A stretch of DNA of 64,000 nucleotides from Vezdaea acicularis (Eukaryota). The notes under the pieces were generated by a model. It had not been told where the DNA came from, searched no databases, and saw only the letters and a list, made by a program, of their open reading frames with translations. Both the position numbers and the translations under genes were made by a program. The stretch is from NCBI GenBank assembly GCA_026025075.1, contig JAPEUI010000089.1:1-64000 (forward strand), read 5' to 3'. Positions 58,948-64,000 of the stretch are shown piece after piece; position 1 is the first letter of the stretch, and the number at the start of each line of letters is the position of its first letter.

Positions 58948-61900
58948 CTAAAACCCGAACGGATTGTCAGGCGCTACAATTTGTTAGCTGCTATATAGCT
59001 TATGAGCATGGATTCAACTCACTGGCTTGAGCTAGGTTTGCTCTCTTCCCTGTGGGCTGCGATATCAACTTTTGGGCACCGCCAGGTACACCAAAGCGGA
59101 CTGGAGGTGGTGGCCCCGTCTTCTGAGGCACAAGAGGAGTAGCGGCAGGTTGTTGCGGCATCTGGGTCATCGGAGGCATTGGAGGGACTGGAGGAATTTG
59201 TGGCTGGCCAAAGTTTTGTTGGAAGCTCACGGGCCCTGTGGGTTGTGGTTGAAGGGCAGGTGGTAGCATCGAATTGATGCCCGTCGGCTGCGGTTGCTGG
59301 TATCCTGTTGGCTGTGGAGCTATCGACTGAAACGGGCCGGGCTGGGCTGGGCTGGCGAAAGGACTTCCGGCAGATTGGGGTCCAAGGAATTGAGAGTTTG
59401 ACGGGAAATTATTTTGTTTGGGTGGCTGCTGGTGGGCAAATGCACTTGTTTGGGGGTTTATCTGGTTGCCAAATTGACCGAATCCGGTGGCTTGTGGAGC
59501 GAGCCCGCTAGGTTGCTGCATATACCCGGTGATTTGCGGTTGTAGCTGTTGCTGCTGCTGGTATTGCTGCTCAAGCCTCATTTGGCCGAGATTATTCAGG
59601 CTTTGACCTGGAGGGGCAATGGAAGGTTGGTAATTTGTTGGGTTCTGGTAACCTGTCAACTGTGGTTGTAAAGGCGGCGGTCCGAACCCATTCGGCTGTG
59701 ATGCATTCTGAGGCGCTGAGAGTGGCCGAGGTGGAGGTGGTGGCATTAGAGAAGCCTGGCCCTGCATGATCTGTGGTACCTGAGGTCGTTGCCGTGGAGG
59801 TGCGTTTTGCTGTGTGGACGGTGGTTGATTGAAACCCGTCTGCTGAGGTACAAAAGTATTGATTGAAGGAGGTTGGGGCTGAGATGGATTCTGCTGATTG
59901 ATTTGCGAGAAGAATCCAGGGTTCGCGCCAGACTGTGGTGGCTGCGACACTGTTGTTTGAGTCTGTGATGTTTGTGGGCTTTGCACGGGAGCGGGTGGAT
60001 GGCTTTGCGCTGGCTGGGTTCCTGTTGCGTGTGCAATGGTTGGCTGTAGAGGCATATCTAACAGCGACAGGTCATTCATTGCACCGCTTAGAGGCGGTTG
60101 GGGTAGAGGTTGCTGTGCAGAGGCAGCAGGTGGTGGGCTGCTTGCTTTCCTTGCCTCCGCTGTCTGCTGCTTAGAAGGTTTTACATCCCAAGCATCGTCA
60201 TCGAACCCACTCTTCTTAGATGTCGGAACATTTGTCAGTGGCGTCGGTGTCCCTCCATCTAACTGTGGTTTTTTGGATGACGGAGAACGATCTTCTCGTT
60301 GGAAAGCCTTTGGATCAACGACATCGTTGGTTTGTACGGCTGGAGCAGGGCGGCCTTTCCGTGTGTTGTTTCTCAGCGCACCTCCTGGGCCTGAGAATAA
60401 GCTACCGTTTGTGGCCTCCGCCTCGTCGCCGTCTCCCATCACTTCAGCCCCACCAAAGCTTACATTCCTCTTAGTTCGATTTGCCGTCCGCCCAAACCTT
60501 GTGTCTAAGTTCTTCATCACTCGGAGAATATCTCCTTCTTTTAGGCCTAGGGTCCTTAGATTGCTGGATGTGATATCCGGTAGCACGCTTTCATCCATGG
60601 AGTCGCGGATGAAGGTTTGCGCGTAACGTTGACAAAGATGAGGACCAACGCCACATTGGAGAAAAAAGTCAAACCAGTACGAATCGTCTTTCTTCGTCTC
60701 AATGGTAGCTCCAACATTCTGCTGGCTAGAAGACTTGCTGGAAGGCTGCAATCTTTGCTTTCGAATGTCGGAAAGTGGCTTGTCTTCGTCCAAAGACTGT
60801 CCGGTGACGGTCTCCACATACTCAAGATCTGCAGGTGACATTTTGGCAACGGGAACAGCGATTTTAACGCCATTGAGTTTATGAAGATGAATTTTGCCAT
60901 CCTTACAGCCGATAAACTCAGCTTCGACCTTGAAAGACGCAGTACGATCTGTCCAGGTCCTAATCTTGGCCGTATCTGGTTCTTTGAAAGGTCAGCATCT
61001 TGAAGTGTTCGGAAAGAATGAACATACTTGGTTTCGACGTATTAGGAGACCGAGGATCGGATTTGCTTTCGCGCTTATTACGCTGTAAAGCATCACCGTT
61101 ACTATTGTCTCTCGACATCAAACTACTACCTCGTTCAGGTAGTCTTACTCCTGGGCCTACCTCTGATGCCTTTGTTATACTCCCGCTCCTATCTCTTGTT
61201 GACCTTGACGCTTCTCTAGCAAGTCTCTCCTCTTCCAGCCGGTTCTGTTGGACATTAGATCGGCCAGCGTTGATGCCAGAAGTACTTGTGGATGGAGCTG
61301 ATGCAGCGCCAGTAATCTCAATATACTGGCTTGGTACGACACCTTCTTTGCCGTTCTTGAGTCGCCGAATCATCCACCATTCATCACTTTTTGTATCATC
61401 GACGATGATGACTTCGTCATCTACTGCGACAGTGACTTCATCATCGCTTTGGGCTACGAAGTCGTAAAGCATACGACCCATCTTTTGGCCACCTCCAGAG
61501 CTAGCAGCCAGGACCTCTTTTAAGCCCTCGGCCCTGACAGCTCCAGCCATCTCCCCAAGGGCACCGACAATCTCTCGCGCGGTGTCTTTCGCGCCAGCAT
61601 GAAAATCGACACTCTTCGCTGGTCGGACAAGCTCCATAAATATCCGCTTGCCCTCGATGGAATAGTGCGTAAGCTTTTCGGCAGTCCATTCCTGCTGTTC
61701 TCCATCGCGAGACTTCGCAGGAGCAATCGTTATATTGCCAGTAGCAATATTCAAGCCCAGAGTCGTCGGCACTTTCTTTTGCTTGCCCATGACAGAAACC
61801 ACCTCATGAATATTATACAGATGGAATCCACCCGGGCTAGCATGGGTAGGTGGGATTTCGTCATCTAAATCACGATGGCTCACACGGTTGTAAGGTGGGG

Positions 61901-62797
61901 ACGCTACTACACCCGACGTTCTCTGAATTTTCGGCGAAGCCTTTCGAGGTGGCGGTGACACTTCTTGCGAAACCGGACGCTGTGGAAGCACTGGAGCAGG
62001 TTCATCATCAGATGCATCAGGTGTGAGGATAGGTCTCTCGGGAGGCAGCACAGGTGGAGATGCAGGGGAAGGGAGATCCCGCTGACTGCGAGAGCTGGTA
62101 GATTGCTTTTGTTGTATGATGCCCGCAAGAGTAGCGGCTGGACTCTGAGTAGGACTTACAGGCGAGCTTGGAGCCTTGAGGGATTCAACCTCTCCTTCAT
62201 GAGACGAGGTTCGTGCTGCAGCCGTCTGGCTCCGGGGGATTGTTGAGCTAGACTCCAAGAGCTCGATATAGTTTGCAGGGACGAAGCCATACTCTCCATT
62301 CAAGCCTACTAGAGTCCAGTCCTCGTCTGAAGTGTCATAGACATCTAGAGACGCGTCTTCCGAGAATGAAAGCTCTTCATCGGTCTGTCGAGCGTAATCG
62401 TAGAGCGCTTTCGCTTGGTGGGAGGGCTTAGCCTATTGAAGAAAGTAGAAGTCAGTTAGGGACTTGCCGACGATCATGGTTGAGTGCGAAGTCCTGTATC
62501 GGTAGAAGCTAGGTGACTAGGGGCAACGTAGGATAATCTACCATAGCTTTTGGTGTTTATGGCACGAGACGACAGATACGAAAGTTCTTGAACACCTACT
62601 TCCTCTATGTAGTTGTTCGGTATTAGACCAGTAGGCTCCTCTTCATCTGGGCTTGAGGCTCTCTTCTTAGCCTTCCACCAGTCATCATCCGTGTCCTTCT
62701 CAAGGACAAACAATAGGTCACCTTCTTGAATCGCTAGCTCACCGGGTTGATGTGGCGCGTAATCATAGATTGCCGTGTAAACACCGAGGAAGCCCAT
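58948..62797 (-). CDS. SLA1: Endocytic adaptor Sla1 (3 SH3, SHD1, SHD2, QPTG repeats)
   Basis: MGFLGVYTAIYDY SH3 start, third SH3 (LYDF...WW...GVVPSQY), SHD1 RTWTDRT..FKVEAEF, SHD2 WFDFFLQCGV, many (Q)PTG repeats and C-terminal ANLAQA|.PDNPFGF*. Three introns. Confidence 0.95.
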
Positions 62798-63510
62798 CGT
62801 AGCGTTCCTTCAGGGATCGGCGCCTCAAATGCCACAATAATTGCTTCTTAAGGCCTTGAGAGCTCGATGACCGTGAGTGAATGTTGCGGTGGGATGTGCG
62901 TTAAGCTCAGATAGCTGAGCACTGCTGATGGCCGCGACGTAGGGAACTTCAGAATCGCCCGTTGATTAATCTGATGCTTTTGGTAGGGAGCAACCACCCA
63001 AATCTTAGAAGCATAGGATTATTAGGACAACAAGCTGTCACCATAGCTACAGAGATGTTTCATCGCTAATGAGTGACTAGATATGTAATACAAACGGTGA
63101 TTGCTTGAGTGGGTAGTTGACAGTCCATTCTAGTGCGTGGTCGCAATGCCATGCCTTCGCTTGGTTGGAAGCCCGCATAACAAAAACCCCCGACCAGCTA
63201 GGAGCACGGCCACGTGAGTAAGCCTATGTACTACAGCATTGAGGCTCCCGCACCTTAATACTTTAGGTATAAAATATTATGATGGTATTGCAATCGCAAA
63301 CCTCTGATAGACTAACTTGACCCTGAGATCATGGACATTCGTTGAAGGCCGGGTTCATATAGCGGATGGGCTTTGCTTAGTACTAAAGGGGGCAGAGGAT
63401 AATGTCAATGGCGCAGCAGCGATCTTTCCTCACACAACAACGCAAAGTGCCTCGGGCTCGAAGGCACAACGGAGCCCCCCAGCCCAGAGCACGATACTCC
63501 AAAGAGAGCG

Positions 63511-63655
63511 AAAGCGCTGTACTCCCAAGCTCATTCCAAAAAGTGTTGCTGGTAGATTGCTGATGATATTGGCACTGCTGAAAGCGCTGTACTCCCAAGC
63601 TCATTCCAAAGAGTGTTGCTGGTAGATTGCTGATGATATTGGCACTGCTAAAAGC
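63511..63655. repeat. 70-bp tandem duplication (2 copies, 2 mismatches)
   Basis: 63511-63580 and 63581-63650 differ only at positions 31 and 70 of the unit; AAAGC microhomology at 63651. Confidence 0.95.
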
Positions 63656-63715
63656 TATGTATGCCAGAGGGTAGAAATGTCCGCTTTTCAGATAGACGTT
63701 TCGCTTGAGGCCATA

Positions 63716-63933
63716 CAAAGCTGTGGACAAAATTCATGGTGCATTGAACGGGGTTCCCCCATAGCTACATACTTCATATTCGAAAGTACAAAGTGGCCCT
63801 GCCAGGCAGCAGATATGATTTGAAGTATGAGTGTTTCACAGGAGTATTGGTGTAGTACTATTGAGCTAATACTAAGAATAATCATCATTGATTTCCATTT
63901 GCATATGCGCCATTAATTTTGTTCCCTACTTTG
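63716..63933 (+). mobile_element. MITE-like element, copy D (218 bp, internally deleted)
   Basis: CAAAGCTGTGGACAAAATTCATGGTGCA ... TGCGCCATTAATTTTGTTCCCTACTTTG; shares GGGGTTCCCCC, GGCCCTGCCAGGC and TAGTACTATTGAGCTAATACTAAGAATAA; lacks about 55 bp near the right end. Confidence 0.83.
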
Positions 63934-64000
63934 GTAGGCGTCATATCAATTGTGATATCATTCAAAAATGATTAATGCAATGCAAAGATAGATTAATGAG

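Noticed and set aside
12283..62246. Numerous antisense or alternative-frame ORFs overlapping the named genes
   Set aside because: Shadow ORFs of real coding sequence with no independent evidence.
62433..62598. snoRNA in the 166-bp first SLA1 intron
   Set aside because: No convincing paired C/D boxes with terminal stem or H/ACA layout seen by eye.
27343..62797. Endocytosis gene cluster (ABP1 and SLA1)
   Set aside because: About 30 kb and many unrelated genes separate them.

Overview
Eukaryotic DNA from a filamentous ascomycete (Pezizomycotina): genes have short GT-AG introns with CTRAY branch points. Most of the window is gene-dense housekeeping sequence: PMT4, ATP synthase subunit e, dynein intermediate chain, an F-box protein, Abp1-like protein, MscS channel, amino-acid permease, NSA2, bL21m/MRPL49, PRP4, PTC7, MPS1, JAC1, YOS9, pirin, SLA1 and a tRNA-Gly(GCC). 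Two accessory-like zones stand out. (1) At about 4.3-11.8 kb an uncharacterised gene carries four different tandem repeats (19, 87, 35 and 43 bp units). It is followed by a nested insertion stack: a 30-bp-stem hairpin contains an impala-sized Tc1/DD35E transposon, which contains two solo LTRs, each with a 5-bp TSD. Removing both LTRs restores a 353-codon transposase frame. (2) At about 30-44 kb three copies plus one fragment of a ~270-bp MITE-like family (a fourth copy lies at 63.7 kb) sit among a secreted-protein gene, a decayed SesB-NACHT (NLR-like) pseudogene and an AT-rich block. Other oddities: the Abp1 homologue appears to lack its N-terminal ADF-H domain, the tRNA-Gly lies antisense inside a pirin intron, and Yos9 ends in PDKL. 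Gene names come from recognising motifs by eye, not from database searches. Splice coordinates were read manually.
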